Assembly (NCBI GenBank): GCA_054600435.1 | Contig: BAAIJX010000016.1 | Location: 310,001 to 374,000, forward strand | DNA: 64,000 nt | DNA from: Neophaeotheca triangularis | Lineage: Eukaryota | Reading direction: 5' to 3' | Notes under the pieces: model-generated | Told to the model about the DNA's origin: nothing | The model's input: only the letters and a program-made list of their open reading frames with translations | Database searches by the model: none | Made by a program: the position numbers and the translations under genes | In this document: piece after piece, positions 46,977-60,727 of the stretch | Position numbering within the stretch: position 1 is the stretch's first letter | How the letters are laid out: the number at the start of each line of letters is the position of its first letter

Positions 46977-49900
46977 GTTGTATGCTAATGATGAGTGTCA
47001 GCACTGTGCCTTTCCACGCAAGACTCCATGCCACGGACTTGAACCGTTACGAATGTACTTTTGGTAAAGGGAGGGCACGAGACAATGATCCACGAACAGA
47101 ATGAATAACAACCACGGGGAGGCATGTGGCTTTTTCAACGCTTTGAAACATATTCGAGCCGGCCTAGCAATGTGAAAAGCGAGCCGTTGAACGTACCGTT
47201 GTGGAACATGGCAGTGGTCGATGGACCCTTTGGCCGACGAGCGACACCTCACGTCAAGCTCTGCTCGAGGGTGTCTTGCGAAGCTCCTTCACTGGCTCCG
47301 TTAGCAAAAATAAAGGCCGGATGCACGCGCAAATGCCAGGCACAACCGTACCCGAAGGCCTACAGCAAAAAGGCACCAACGGATGGCGGTAGTAGGCGGG
47401 TAATCTCCAAAGAGCTGCAGCCTGGATTGCTGAACTAGTCGGTAAGGGGGTGAAGCTTGAGCCAACCGTAAAAGGCAAGGATTCAGGTACGAAGAATACG
47501 TTTGCACAAGAGGTAGAATTGATGGCGAAGAGGGTGTGCGCTCTCTGCAGACTGCGGAAGCTACCTTGCGGAAAGAATGAGCAGTCGTCTTGCATCCAAC
47601 CAGCGAGACGAGCTATTTACCTTGCGGGCGACCTTCAAGACTGCGGCCTGTTCCCAAAGATGTGGTTCAGGGAAAAGCGGGTGGTCTGGAGGGTGGTCTA
47701 CCATTGTAACGTTAGCCTCTAGGAACGCCTCCCTCTGAGGAATGCAACATACCAAACTGGACCGACACCCATCACACGAGCACGACTGTCGACTGCTGTG
47801 GCAACGTCTGAAAGATGCAGCGGTTACCCCAATCATCTCTCCTCACAATTCCTCGACGGAAGACCGTCATATACAACCACAATCGACGACCTGGCATTGT
47901 TTACCCTCCTTCGAGGCGGTCTGCACTCCACTCTTCACTGCTGCAAACGCACAGACGGTCGTTTCATCAAACTGATCGAGCAGGACGATTGGACCCTTTA
48001 CAGCCTCTGAGGAGCAGGCGAAGCATCATCCCAACAAGACAATCGATCCAGAGATTGATGTGCCCATCGAGTGACGGTGTGTGCGACCGCAATTGAGAGC
48101 TTGTCCAAAATCTAGTGGACGTTGTAGGAGTGTGGAGTCTGCAGGATTATCAAGACTCGACTGGGGCTGCACTATAGGCATGCGCGCTGCGGCCGTTTCC
48201 GGTGCTGCAGACAAGGTGTGGCGTACATGTCGGCTTGCTGCCGTGCCTCGCGAGATGATCCGATGGTTTGCTCATCTGGTGCGGCCACCCACACAGATCT
48301 CGCGGCCGGTGGCAGCTGGCGCTGTCATCTGGCCTTGTGACGCCGAATCCCTGATATATTGTGCGAGCTTACACCAAAAAAGTTGTAGATTCAATACTTC
48401 AGGTGAGAGCAGGCCGTGGAGTTTGCGCCGTCACTGTAGAAAGTCCAACCGGGCTTTTGGTCGCTGGAGAAGGCTCGGGTTACACAGCGTCATGTCGTTC
48501 GCAGGGTTGACCGATGTTATAATCCGAAGCTCGGACTCGCCAACAATCCTCGCAATCGGCGGTAGAGATGAGTCGCAGCATTCCAGCAAAGCCTTCGATT
48601 GTGAATATCCCGAGGAAAACAATCGATCGACGGGCATCGAGTCGTCTGCGAATGGAACGCGGTTGATCGGCCATAGAAGCCGTCCTAAAGACCAGAATGT
48701 AAGGTAGCTACTCAACCAAAAAAATAGAGCTCCGAAACAGGGCCCTCGCCACGAGCATCTTCGCAAACTGAATCTGGGGTTCGTGAAAGGGCACTAATGC
48801 TGCGCGTTCCTGATCTTCATACCTTCCCGGCTCGAAAAACTTGCGCCATCAAACCGCTCGGCAGGTTGGATTAAAGCACAGATCCTTGCAAAGTATAGCG
48901 GAAGCCAGCAGACAGATTTTCCCGCTTAGGTTTTGGGCCATGTAGACGCTGCCGCACATTGCCGCCAGGAACGCCTACCCTTGACAGCGCGACCGCTTGT
49001 CCACTGGTCCCCAGATCTTCCTTTGCTGCCGTAGCATCACGCGGCCGCACAAATGGACCGTTGTAAGACAATGGTCGCTCGAGTGGGGTACCGTAATTGC
49101 CCTTGCCATCTAACACGCCCCCCTTCCCAAGCCTGCCAAGCGCGCTCACCATTCTTCGACAAGCGACAGAGGTGTCGGCCAGGCGTTACACAAAGCAGCG
49201 CAGCATCGCCTGTGCGCGCACTGGCGACCCACTCAGGAATCCAACCACACGCCGTGTTGCCGGCTAGAAAGAACGCAAGCTCGCTAGTTGGTTTGGCAGC
49301 CTGGAACGGCTCCGATTCGGGCGCTCGCTGAGGGTGAAGAAACTTGTGGTCTGCGGAACCCAGGGCTCTTTTCGCGGTGGTTGTTGAGACCCTTCGTCTC
49401 CGTGTTGATGGTCAACAGTCGTGGGAGTGCAACCAGGTAACCACAACACCGGCTCGTTCTCTCCCCCTCGACTTCAATGAAAAGCAAAGTCCTCGCTCTC
49501 GTGTCACACCCTCGCAGATGCATTCGGAAGAGAGAGAGAGAGAGATGCATCTGCAGGACTAAATCGTTAGCCTTCCCGCGATGCAGGTGGTAAAGGGTGC
49601 GTCAAGAATGTGGGTACGTCAGCGAACACCCGGGAGCAATCCATTGACTTTCGCCTCTGACTCGCTCACTAGATCGGAACTGATCAGTGCGTCGATGGTT
49701 CTCGACCGCCATAGCAGTGTTAGTGTTAGTAGACGATTCCTACCTCAGAAGGAACCCGCTCCAGCTACCTACCTTTAAGCGGACGAGCCGAGCAAGGCAC
49801 CCGCTCTGCCGTGTAGCCAGCGCTATACGTGGATTCACTTGGCCTTCTACTCACTTCCATTGACATTTGGCCTCGCATTTGCCCAAAGCGACCGAGCCCG

Positions 49901-49993
49901 CAAACAAGCATTGGCTCAAACTCGATACTCGTTCAGATCGGTACAGCGAGGAGGATACGTCCAGAACAGATTTACATTTTCTCTCCTCATACA

Positions 49994-52300
49994 CTACGCC
50001 TTCTTACCCCCCTTCTGGCCCACATTCGGCGGCGGGCCGCCCTTCTTCGCGGGGCCGTGAGCGCGCTCGCTCTTGCTCTTGCCCTTCTTCCACTCCATGC
50101 CCGCCTTGCGCTCATCGCGGTCCTGCAATCTCTTCTTCTGCTTGTTGCTGAGCTTGCCCTTGGGTTTCTTATCCTTGGCGCCATCGAGAGGTCCGTTGAG
50201 CTCCGCCGCACCCTTTTGCTTTGCGGCTTTCTTGTCGCTCTCGCTCTCAAACCACGTCTTCTTTGGCCGCGACTTGATCTCGTCTTGGTACTTGACGAGG
50301 TTGTCGGCGCGGGTGAGGTCGCGCTCAGTCTGTTGCATCACTTTCTCCTCTTTTTCTTCTTTCATGACTGCTTCGATCTCGGGCTCCATCTTGTCTAAGC
50401 GAGCTTTCCAGGCCTCTGCGTCTTTGGGATCGACGGTGCGTTGCCTGATTGTTGCTCCCTGGGCTTTGGCCGCTTTGACAGCAGCTTTGACGACCTTGCG
50501 ATCAGGCTCGGCAGCTATGGTGCAAGAGCGACCAGAGCGACCAGCACGGGCCGTACGACCGACTCTGTGCAAGTAGATCTCGTGGGATTGCGGCGCTTCG
50601 TAGTTGAGAACCGTTTCAACGTTCTTGATATCAAGACCTCTGGAGGCTACGTCGGTAGCCAGTAGAAAAGAAACCTGTCCCGATCTGAACGCCTCGATGG
50701 CGGCATAACGCTGCTCCTGAGTGACGTTTCCATGGAGTTCTGCAGCCTTGAGACCGCAGAGAGCGAATATAATTCGCACACGATGCGCCTCTTTCTTCTG
50801 TCGGAAGAAAATGATGACCCTTTCCGTGTGGATCTTGTCGCAAAGGTACATGAGGTAGCCCAGTCGCTTGTCTTCGCGCCCAGGTCGTAGTCGTACAAAT
50901 TCTTGAACAAGCCCTGATACAGTCTGTCGCTGCGCATCGACCATCAAACGTACCGGTCTTTGCAGTCCGACGCGAATCAAGTTGTCTACACTCGAAGTCA
51001 TAGTGGCGGAGAACAGCATGGTCTGTCGAGACTTTGGGATAGTTGTGAGAATCTCGTTCAACTCGTCCGCGAAACCGTCTTCAAGCATGCGATCGGCTTC
51101 ATCGAGCACCAGAATCTCAAGCGTGTCAACAGCGAAGGAGGCCGAGTTCCTCATGAAGTCGATAAAACGTCCAGGCGTGGCAATGACAATGTCAGGTCGT
51201 GTCTTGAGTTGCTTCTCCTGCTCCTTTGAGCTCATACCACCGATTGCCTGTCCAAAAGTGATGTCGGTGAAGCTAGCCAACTTCCTCGCAACGTTGAAAC
51301 ATTGCAGCGCCAGTTCACGCGTAGGCATCAAGATAGCTACACGGGTCGTTGCCACCTTTTTGGGTCTGTAGAGAAGTCGCTCGAGGATTGGAATGATGAA
51401 AGCGGCCGTTTTGCCAGAACCAGTAACAGCACCACCAACGACATCCTTGCCCAACAACGCCACAGGAATAGTCTTTGCCTGAATAGGTGTGGGCGCACCA
51501 AATCCCACAGACGAAACACCCTTCAGAATCGGTCGAGATAGCGACATGGCATGAAAAGTGGTATCCGAGAGCTGCACGCCATCCTTGGGTATCGACTTCT
51601 CGTCTTCGGGTGCAAAGAAAGCCTTCTCACGTTTCCGCTTCTCAGCCTCTTCATCCTCATCGCCTTCGTCGTCGTCCGAATGCTCCGGCGATTCGTGACC
51701 GTTGGTAGCAGCCTCAGCCTCATCCTCTCCATCTTGCTCTCCGCCAGCCTCATCATCTTCCTCCTCCTCCCCATCAACCTCATCACCACTACCACTCTCC
51801 TCAGCCCCACTCCCCACCGACTCCTCCTCATCACTCTCATCCCCAAACCCACTCCCATCATCCTCACCCCCACCACTCCCTCCAACCTTCCCCCCACCAC
51901 CCCTCCTAGCGACAATCTCATCAATCCGATCCGCCTGCGCCCCTCCCTCCCCCACCCTCCCCTTCCCCGAACCCTCCCCCCAGACATCAAAAGCCTCCAA
52001 CCCAGCCGTCTGATCCACAAGCTGGAAATCAAACCCAGGATCAATATCATCCACATCCCCATCAACGGCACTAGCACTAGCAGCAGCGGGGGCGGGATCA
52101 ATCTTGCGCTTCTTGCTAGCTTTGTCGCTGCCTTTGTTCTTGGCGGGCTGGGTCGCGGTGGTGGCGGTGGTAGTGTCGCGTTTACGCTTGTTGAGGGCGG
52201 ATGCGGGCGGCGGTGGGGGCGACGCTTCGTCTTCTTCGAGGGGGCCGTTTTCGTCGTCGCTGAGGGTTAGGATGAAGTCGTCGTCGGAGACGGGTGCCAT
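49994..52300 (-). CDS. DRS1: DEAD-box RNA helicase Drs1/DDX27 (60S biogenesis)
   Basis: Start [15 protein letters not shown], acidic N-terminus, Q motif (PTPIQ), [29 protein letters not shown] and [11 protein letters not shown]. Confidence 0.94.
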   Translation of the reverse strand: MAPVSDDDFILTLSDDENGPLEEDEASPPPPPASALNKRKRDTTTATTATQPAKNKGSDKASKKRKIDPAPAAASASAVDGDVDDIDPGFDFQLVDQTAGLEAFDVWGEGSGKGRVGEGGAQADRIDEIVARRGGGGKVGGSGGGEDDGSGFGDESDEEESVGSGAEESGSGDEVDGEEEEDDEAGGEQDGEDEAEAATNGHESPEHSDDDEGDEDEEAEKRKREKAFFAPEDEKSIPKDGVQLSDTTFHAMSLSRPILKGVSSVGFGAPTPIQAKTIPVALLGKDVVGGAVTGSGKTAAFIIPILERLLYRPKKVATTRVAILMPTRELALQCFNVARKLASFTDITFGQAIGGMSSKEQEKQLKTRPDIVIATPGRFIDFMRNSASFAVDTLEILVLDEADRMLEDGFADELNEILTTIPKSRQTMLFSATMTSSVDNLIRVGLQRPVRLMVDAQRQTVSGLVQEFVRLRPGREDKRLGYLMYLCDKIHTERVIIFFRQKKEAHRVRIIFALCGLKAAELHGNVTQEQRYAAIEAFRSGQVSFLLATDVASRGLDIKNVETVLNYEAPQSHEIYLHRVGRTARAGRSGRSCTIAAEPDRKVVKAAVKAAKAQGATIRQRTVDPKDAEAWKARLDKMEPEIEAVMKEEKEEKVMQQTERDLTRADNLVKYQDEIKSRPKKTWFESESDKKAAKQKGAAELNGPLDGAKDKKPKGKLSNKQKKRLQDRDERKAGMEWKKGKSKSERAHGPAKKGGPPPNVGQKGGKKA

Positions 52301-52797
52301 GGTTGCGGTGGCGGTGTGGGGTGTTGAGAGTTTGATGTGTTGGAGGTTTTGGGGAATTAATTGCTGGGTCTCGAGTCTTGAGTACAGAAAAAGTTCGGAC
52401 GGAGCTTTGGCGATTGATTCTGCCGGTGCCGGAATTGCGGGCGGTGTCGGCTGCTTCTTGCTTGTGGCACGAACGTGACTACTAGTCTGTGAGAAATAGA
52501 ATGTATAAGGGGGTGTTTTCATGGACGCAGTGTATAGTATTGTTCGTAACTCAGTGACATGCACATATTCATAAATGTTGTATATAGACAGACCGGCATC
52601 CCATCCATGCCTCGACCGGAAAATTTCCCAGCAAACGCCGCCGCAATGCACCCTCGTATACCCCAGCCCGTGAACTCCACGAATATCCAGCAGCCTCTTA
52701 ATCCCAATGCAATGCAACAAGGCTCTATGCATGAATTCCCGTCCCGGCAACTCCAACAAAACATCCCGCAATCCACCTTCAAAACCCACACCCTCTG

Positions 52798-53608
52798 TCA
52801 CGCCTGCGTGGGCGGCGCCAAATGCGTCTTCCGCATCGCCAGCTCCAGATCCTGCTGGCTAAACGGCTGGTGATCGTGGGCAACGGTATGAATGCCATTC
52901 ATCTTGTTCTCGTCCTCGGCCGTGCGCTGCCGGCTGAGCGGTACGTTCTCTTTGTCTCGTGACTGCACGCGTGAAAGACCGACTATTGCCCCGCGGAAAA
53001 GACGCAAATCAGCCTGTGAGCACCGACGGGTTGTGAGAAAGGGTGGATAGGCGACTTGGGAGCTGTGGCAGGCGTCGCACCGGTAGGGTGTAGGGTGGGC
53101 GTGGTTACGTACCATTTGTGACGTCGTCGTCGCCTTCCGCTTCTGGCTCTGTGGTCAGAGGAGTTTTGCGCGCGGCACCGTGCCCGCCTTCTCGGGGCCT
53201 GAGACCGCTGCTCGGAGGGTGCGAGTAGTTGTTGGCGCTTTCGGTCGAGGCTACGCTGTTCCTTCGGCTCTTACCGCCGCTTTTGCCGGACATGCTTTTG
53301 TTGCCGACGCTTTTTCTACCCATGCTCATGAAACTGTTCCTCCTGCTCGGTAGTCGCGTGCCCATTGGCGAGTATGTCGATTGGAAGCTCTTCCTGCGCC
53401 ACGCATCTGCAAAGCTAAAGGCCTCAAGTTTCTCCTTGTGCTCTTTCTTTGGGGGTGCCCGGTATTTTGGTCGTGGCATCGGCTCGCCAGGTTTGTAGAC
53501 ATTGCTCGGCCAATTTGAGTAGTCAGATTCGGTTGTGCTGGTTTTCGAGAGGGAGTCGGTGCGAGATCGAGGCTTGAAGAACCTCTTTGCTCTTTCACGG
53601 AAAGGCAT
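52798..53608 (-). CDS. Conserved-looking fungal hypothetical basic protein, 2 exons; intron 52983-53112
   Basis: Motif [13 protein letters not shown]...[19 protein letters not shown]...YSPMGTR. A GTACGT...GCTGAT...TAG intron joins in frame to VGLSRVQ...APPTQA*. Confidence 0.75.
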
Positions 53609-55777
53609 GTTTCAATGTGGAGTGCTGGTTCGCGGCCAGCGCTGAGAGACCAACGAGAATATATGGGCGCGAGAAGACTCGGCGCAAGATGGATGAATCG
53701 TTGCTACTGGGACCCCTTGGTACTTATGTGGTGCAAGTGACCTAGAACATGGAGCGTGGAAAGAGTGGTCGAGGGTGACGTATGCTCCGTGGCTCTGCTG
53801 GGACTGTTGAAGGTTACAGCTGGGGTGATAGGGAAGGGGACTTGTGAGGTCCAAAGACCGAACAGCTGCGTTCAATTGGGCGAGTGGCTTCGAACGGTGG
53901 AGAGGAAGAAGGGAGAAGTTGAGATGTTAAGCAAGTAATAGAGGGCAATACGAGAGAGTACGCAAGACGAGGCCAGGGTCAGTTAGAAAGGCAGGGAGGG
54001 CAGGAAGTGTGAAGTACAGGTAGTGGGGTACCTCATAGTCGTGCGTTTAGTACATCGGGTGTGGACGTAGAAGGAAACTACCGGCCGATAACCCGAAGGA
54101 TCAAAAGAGACTTCAACCAAGTCGCGTGGGGTCCCGTGCTCTACACATGGGCGGAAGGTTTCTGTGAACACTTTTGGTCAACCTTGATCCAATCGTGAGG
54201 TTGGCGAGAAGTGTAAAGGTAGCGCCGAAGAGGATTCTTCCGGAGACGGTCTTATTCTTATTATTATTATGCCAGGTACACGCACCATTGGATAGAGTCC
54301 GGGGATGGCGTCTTGGTTGGTGGCGCGGCGTGCATTAGAAATGGTGACGAGATGTGTTTCGCATTGGACGGGGTCAATGGAGGCCTGCATAAGTAGTCCA
54401 ACAGTAATTCTCCAAAGGCAATAGGCAATAATGGATTGTTGTCTGTTGGTTGGCTGACTTGTCTGGGTCGTTCCAGTTCTACCTCGAGCACGAGTGAGGG
54501 CTGAGTGACAACCCCCGGGAATTCGACGGCAATGGACGGCAGAGGAACATGACAGTCAATTTCCGTGGGGATCTCTTCATGGGTCACATTGGGGTGGGGG
54601 ATTGTTGAGCCCTCCGGTGCAAGCTGCCTTTGGAGTGTCATGTCATGGGGGTGGGATGATGACTGATGAGGTACGGAGGTGCTGCACATTGGAATTCCAA
54701 GTTTCCGGCCTTTATCTCACCGCCCAGCGTGCACAAGAAACTGGGCGCTCAGCTTTGCCCGATTCCTGCCGTTGTATGTATGTATGTACTGTATTGTATG
54801 TATGGCTGCTTTTGCTGCTCCGTTGAACCGTGCCGTAGTAGGAGGTAGCTTGTCTCGCTTGCATGGTAGGGTACCGACATTATTCTGCCGTACTATCTGG
54901 AGGGACATGGTCGAGGTCAAAAGTGCGTTGCGAGGCGTCACTTAATTACTAAGGTCCTGCTAGTAGTAGTACCGAGGACGCGCACTCGCTCACAGACGGG
55001 AGCAACGACAAGATTATTGTGCATTATTCTACCTCGTAGTGAGATGCAGCGAGTTCCGACACCACTGCCAATATCGTACCATGCCATGCCTCTGAGAGAC
55101 GCGGGAATTGGTAGAGTCTTGTTTTAGTCGTCTTATTAGTCGTCTATGCTAGAAGGGCGAGACCCGTCGACCTGGTGGCGCAAGGCGGCTATGTCGATCC
55201 GAGGCGATCACGCGTCATGCTTCTAGATTCGACCCGTCGACACCTCACATTATTACTATTCATTCACTGACACAAGTCATTGCTTAAGGTAGTCCTTTGT
55301 AGGCGGCATCACCGACGATCCAGCCTTCCATGGTTGCCAACGTCCAGTAAACGTGCCTCTCGCACGACACCTGTCCAACTTCTAGGCCGCCCCTTTGGTG
55401 GATCGTTTCGTCGTGGCGCAGGTCATGTAGCTGCGAAACATGGCTGTCAAGCTGCTTTGTTTCTACCTTACCTTGGCCTCTTCGACACCATTGGCCGAAT
55501 GAGGCTTTGTTCTTTGTTGATCCGACGTCATGTGTATACGGGGACGCGCATCGTGAAAGAGCTCCGGCTGCCCCGCCGTCATAGTTAGTTAATAGAGGTG
55601 AGGTGCTAGATGAGAGGTAAGAGGTAAGAGGTCGGAGCTATTGTACTTGTTTATAGATGCTAGCTACCCTCCTGCCTCAACTCCTCTTTGCCTGTAGGTT
55701 TGACTTTTACATTCATCCCGAAAGCTGCGACTACCCGGTACTTATCCAACACTCACACTGACAAAGCAAAGGACATC

Positions 55778-58357
55778 ATGAACGACCTGTGAGTATGAGC
55801 ATATCACTAGGAAGCTGAGGTGCACAAGGCGACGGGCGAGAGTAGTAGCTGATCTCATCCAAGTACACCAGATGGCTCAAGAGACGAGCGGGTGATGCCT
55901 GGAACGGACGGCCAAAACGGGCAATTTGCGACCTCATCCGATGGCCAGGCAGCAGCGGCACCCATCACTGGTGCACCCCAAGTTGACTCCAAGCCCAAAG
56001 GGCGAGGCATGCTTGGAGACGTTCTGTAGGTTCTTTAGTGATTTGTAACGCACTGCAGCTCTCTAATTGTCCTCAGAAACCGCCAAGACAACGCGAGCAC
56101 AATGGCCATCCGACATGGACACACTGGACCCTACGCCAGCCCCGATGCCGAAGACCCTACGACTGAAAGATCCTTCCCCCTGGCAGGAGGCCAAACATCT
56201 TCCACCTCGCAGGCAGATGCTACACCTGATGCTACGGATATCAGCAGTTACGATGGCAGTTCAGTACCCCTCTCCTCCGGCACAGACAGCTCGCTCGGTG
56301 GCGGCAACGAGCTCCCCGTCTTTGCTACCTTGCAAAACCAAAGGGGCCCGCACATCACGGATACCGCCAACAGACTTGATCCTCACATCCCTGGCGAGTT
56401 CCCAAGCGACAATGGCGAAGATCGTCATGACCACTCAGGGTCCGCAATCGGCCCTGCCGCTACTGCTCCAAGCACAGGCTACGGAGCGAACCAACTTCCT
56501 TCTTCGAAGAACGGCCTCGACTATTCCTCCGCTAGCGAAGCACCAACCCCAAGCGCCTCCGAATCTCCGCACGTAGCTGACCCCATGTCCCAAGTCCCCA
56601 GCAACCAACACAACTACGGCAGAGACGCCGCAATCGCTGGGGGAGTCGGAGCAGCGGGTTACGGGGCGTACGCGCTCAACAAAGACCGCGACACACCACA
56701 AGCTGGCGAGAACACTCAGCCAAACGACGGCGCGTACCCAAGCTCCACCGCAGTAGAAGAGCCCATGTCGCAGTCCAGCCCGCGCTACCCGTACGGTGGC
56801 GGCGCAGCTATGGGCAGCAGCGTGCCGAGCAGTCTCCAACGGGCGCCTTCATCGCAATACTCGCAGTCACCGGCGCCCGTCCCTGCCGAAGAGCCCGGTA
56901 GCGAGCACAACTACGGCCGTGATGCCGCACTAGCCGGCGGCGCTGGGGCTCTGGGGTACGGAGCCTACAAGCTAGGCCGGGATCGCAGTGACGCGGAACC
57001 AGCCACCAACGCTTTTGGGAACGCTCCTGTCGAGCCCGCTGTTCAGAGGGAACCGGACATGCCCAGGAGCCAGCCCATGGAGCCCGACGCTCCAGGTGTC
57101 CCTTATGCTGAGTTTCCTATCGAGCAAGCACATGGTCTCAACGCTCCTGCCGATCTCGACAAGCAGCGGGTGCCTGAGTCTCAAGACGAACATAACTATG
57201 GCCGCAATGCTGCTCTTACGGGTGGTGCTGGGGCTGCGGGTTATGGTGCTTATCAGTACGGCAAGGACCGGGACGGCAACCCGGCGCCTGAGGACTTGGA
57301 CCCCCAGCAGCCGACTGAAGCGCAAGAGGAGCACCATTATGGTCGTAATGCTGCTCTCGCCGGAGGTGCTGGGGCGGCTGGTTATGGTGCTTACCAATAC
57401 GGAAAGAGTCGCGACACTGACCCTGCATCGAACGATTCAAGCAACGCCGACCCCAATACCGTCGCACCGCAACAAGCTTCGTCCTCGGAATATCCTACGA
57501 CGGACGAAGAAAAGGACCACAACTACGGCCGCGACGCAGCAGTAGTCGGCGGTGCCGGAGCAGCAGGAGCTGCAGCCTACGGTGCAAAGCAATACTACGA
57601 CGACAAACAGCAAGACCACGACGCCGCGCACGACGCCGAGCTGGAGAAAGAGCGAGCCAAAGCGGCGGAAAAAGCCGAAAAGCAACACGACAAGGACATC
57701 AAAGCCGCTGAGAAAGAGCAACACAAACACGAAAAGGACGCCGAGAAAGCTGAAAAGAAGCATGCCAAGGAAGAGAAAGCAGCCGAGAAAGAGCAGAAAC
57801 AACACGACAAGGACGACAAGAAGCACGCCGCTGCCGTCGCCGCTTCGGAGAAGGAGGAGAAGAAACACCAGAAAGAGCTGGAGAAGCAGAAACATGAAGA
57901 GGAGAAGGAACGCTACAAGCAGGAGGAACAGCGCAAGAAGGAAGAAAAGGAACGCCAGAAACAGCTCGAGAAGGAGGAGAAGGAGAAGAATCCCTCCCTC
58001 ATCCATAAAATCTTACATCCCGGCCACCATCACGGTAAGAAGGAGGACGAGGACCAGACTGCCGCCGACGACAATGAGCAAGCTACCGCCGCCCCTGCTG
58101 CTGCTGCTGCTACTTCTCGCCAGAGCAACGAGGATTCTCGCAAGAGGGACGAAGATTTGCAGCAGAAGGACTCGCACCAGTCGGGCCATTCGAAGCGCGA
58201 TCAGCATATTAAGCAGCCTGGTGATGACGACGAGGAGGAGGGGAAGGAGGGGGATGAGGGACTGGAGGGGCCCGGGAAGTATCAGATTGGCCATGCGGGG
58301 GTGAAGACGGCTGCGGATGGGAAGGGGCATAATCGGTTGCATAAGGAGCCGAAGTGA
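55778..58357 (+). CDS. Repeat-rich hydrophilic/disordered protein, 3 exons (55778-55788, 55864-56025, 56077-58357)
   Basis: Two GT-AG introns link MNDLTPDGSRDERVMPG...GDVL to the 751-aa ORF. Five H(N/H)YGR(D/N)AAxxGGxGAxxYGA-type repeats, TDTANRLDP and IPGEFP motifs, and a K/E/H-rich helical tract. Confidence 0.82.
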
Positions 58358-58899
58358 ATGAGGATTTCTCATTGTGAGGTGGGGGTTAAGGGAGGAAGCT
58401 GATGAGCGCGGACGAAGGGGAGGCTGAATGGCAGAATGTAATGGGCAGGATTTCGCGGAGGGGTTTGGGCTTTTTGGTTGATGATGGTATGCGATTACCC
58501 TTTTCTTTGGTGCTTTTTGGTTGTAGGTTTGTCGCTAGAAGTGAGTTTTCACTCGTATTGAAGATTTTCATTTAGGGCTTTTCCGCCTCAGCCTGCAATC
58601 CCTCTGCCATACTATAACCTCGCTTTGGATGAACAATCAATTGAGACTTTGAAGTTGCCTGCATGAGAAGAGTAACGGAAGCTTCATCTAACAGGACGTC
58701 CCCTCTCTCTCTCTCACCCTCTGGCGCTCGTTGCTGTCCCCTGGAAACAAAATCCGTGGAGCCAACAAGCACCACTTGGTATACCAGCCGCCCTTACACC
58801 ACCAGCATACCACAAGGAGCCCCCTTTTCAAATCTCGGCCATCACTGCTCCGACTCGCGCTTTGAAGTGAGAGTCGACCTTCCTCCGACCGCTGCTAGT

Positions 58900-59340
58900 G
58901 AAAGCACAGTCATCCTGACTAACTGCTTCCTTGAATGCAAGGGCAGACGACACCCGAATAGAAGCAAAAGGTCGAAATCGCGGGAGAGAGGGCGGCGAAC
59001 AAAGCATTGACGAAGCAATTAGGAGAGGAGAAGGTGGCTCACGCCTGCAACGTGGCTGAGAACGAGAAACTCGTCAAGCAGAACGCTGTCCTACACGAGA
59101 CCAGTGCGGCGCAGGTCAAAGAGGTGAAGGTGAAGGACAGACAGATCAAGGCCGCCGAGAGGGCCTACGAGGCTCTCGGCAAAGCGATCAAGCCTTCACA
59201 TTGACCTCGCTTATAGCTTCCATAGGATGCTGGAGTGCTTGGGTAGCGATACGGTCATGAAGAAGGCCTCCAGGAGGAGATGTTCGGTGTTTCAGCTCAG
59301 GAGGCGGTCTCAAAAGGCGTGGAGAGCGATTAAGGTACTA
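58900..59340 (+). pseudogene. Degenerate coiled-coil ORF relic
   Basis: E*KQKVEIAGERAANKALTKQLGEEK...KDRQIKAAERAYEALGK followed by several in-frame stops. Confidence 0.4.
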
Positions 59341-59925
59341 GCCTTGGCGTGCGAGCTGTAGCATCCTGGGTTGACTTAGTCAAGGTTAAGTCACCACGGT
59401 GTGCCCAAAAGGCTCGGTAACCCAATCCGTGCTAGTTCCATGCTCGTTTCGACGTTGTTTGAAAGCTCTGTGCTCGAAGTGAGTATGTCTGCCGGGTCTT
59501 TCGGCACATTTTACGCTTTTCAGTAGGCCTCCTTCTTGGTCCTTCTTGGAGGTGTCTTTTTCCCTCGCTACGTAGCGCAAGTTCAGGCCTGTAAGCCCCT
59601 GGAACATCCGCTTCACCTTTAAGCGGCTCGACCCAGGTGTTTCCTCGGGGAAGAACACCATCCCCTAACACGCCTGCGGCGGGTAGTTCCCCGGTTTCCA
59701 ATGAAGGCTTTCTAAACATCTGCTCATCCAACCAGCACGAACCTCTGGAGGCGATTGACCAAGTAGTGACACCATTTCACTGAAGACCCGTTCATCCTGA
59801 CACATCTACTCCACTTACCAGCCCTTACTTCTTTCTACTCACATCGAACCCGGAGTTAGCTTCTTAGCACTACAGCGTTGGTATCCATTATTCCTCTCAC
59901 CAGCCTCACTCACGGTCTTGAGGAA

Positions 59926-60727
59926 ATGGCTTTCAAGCGCGAGGCGGATGACAACTGGGGCGCCCAGAACCCCTTTCGACCAGCCAAGTCAGCAAGAATT
60001 GCCTACGAGCGACCAAATGATCCTTTCGGGCACAGGCCTCAAGTTAGGTGGGGCGATCCTCACGATGGTGAGTCCACTTCTACACGCTCTTCATTCGCTC
60101 CTGTTGGATGTTGGACTAAGTGCAGCGTACTCAGGAACCATCGATCAAGGGGTGCGGACCGTGACCAACGCCTTCAACACGTACGACACCAACGAGCGCC
60201 TCAAGATGAATCTGAGAGCTGCGGAAGCTAGCGCCGAGGCTGCGAAGGTCGAGAACCGGGATCTGAATGCATACATCAGCGAGCTCGTAGCCGCCAACAA
60301 TTCTCTCAAAACCGAGAACAGGCATCTTGAGCACTGTTTCGACACTTCTAAGCGGGAGTTGAACAGGGCGTTGGCAAGAACGACAACTTCCGACGAGCAA
60401 GAGCTTCAGTCAGAACTGCAATCGCTACGACAACAACTGGAGGAAGCTCAGAGAAACTTTGCGGCCGAGGAGATCTGCCACAAGTCGGCTGTAACGGAGG
60501 CTTACGACCTCAGGGATGAAGTTGAGAGGCAAAAAGCCCAGCTCAAGACTTTTATGTATTGGGAAAACAAGATGGCGAGAGAGTTTGCTCAGCAAAAGAC
60601 AAAGGCTGATCAGGCCGACTTGAAGCTCCGCGAGAAAGAGGAGGCTGTTCGGCTGGCTGCTGACCAAGCTCGTTCGCTTGCTACGAAGTTGCAAAAGGTG
60701 GCGACTCCGCATTGGGAGTATGAGTAG
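59926..60727 (+). CDS. Orphan coiled-coil protein, 2 exons; intron 60068-60125
   Basis: Exon 1 MAFKREADDNW...PAKSAR, a GTGAGT...ACTAAG...CAG intron, then heptad-rich exon 2. Same architecture as the 24615 gene. Confidence 0.7.

Noticed and set aside
52301..52801. N-terminal extension of DRS1 in the 935-aa ORF call
   Set aside because: Begins at a non-ATG codon and runs through promoter/UTR-like sequence. The family-like start is MAPVSDDDF at 52300.
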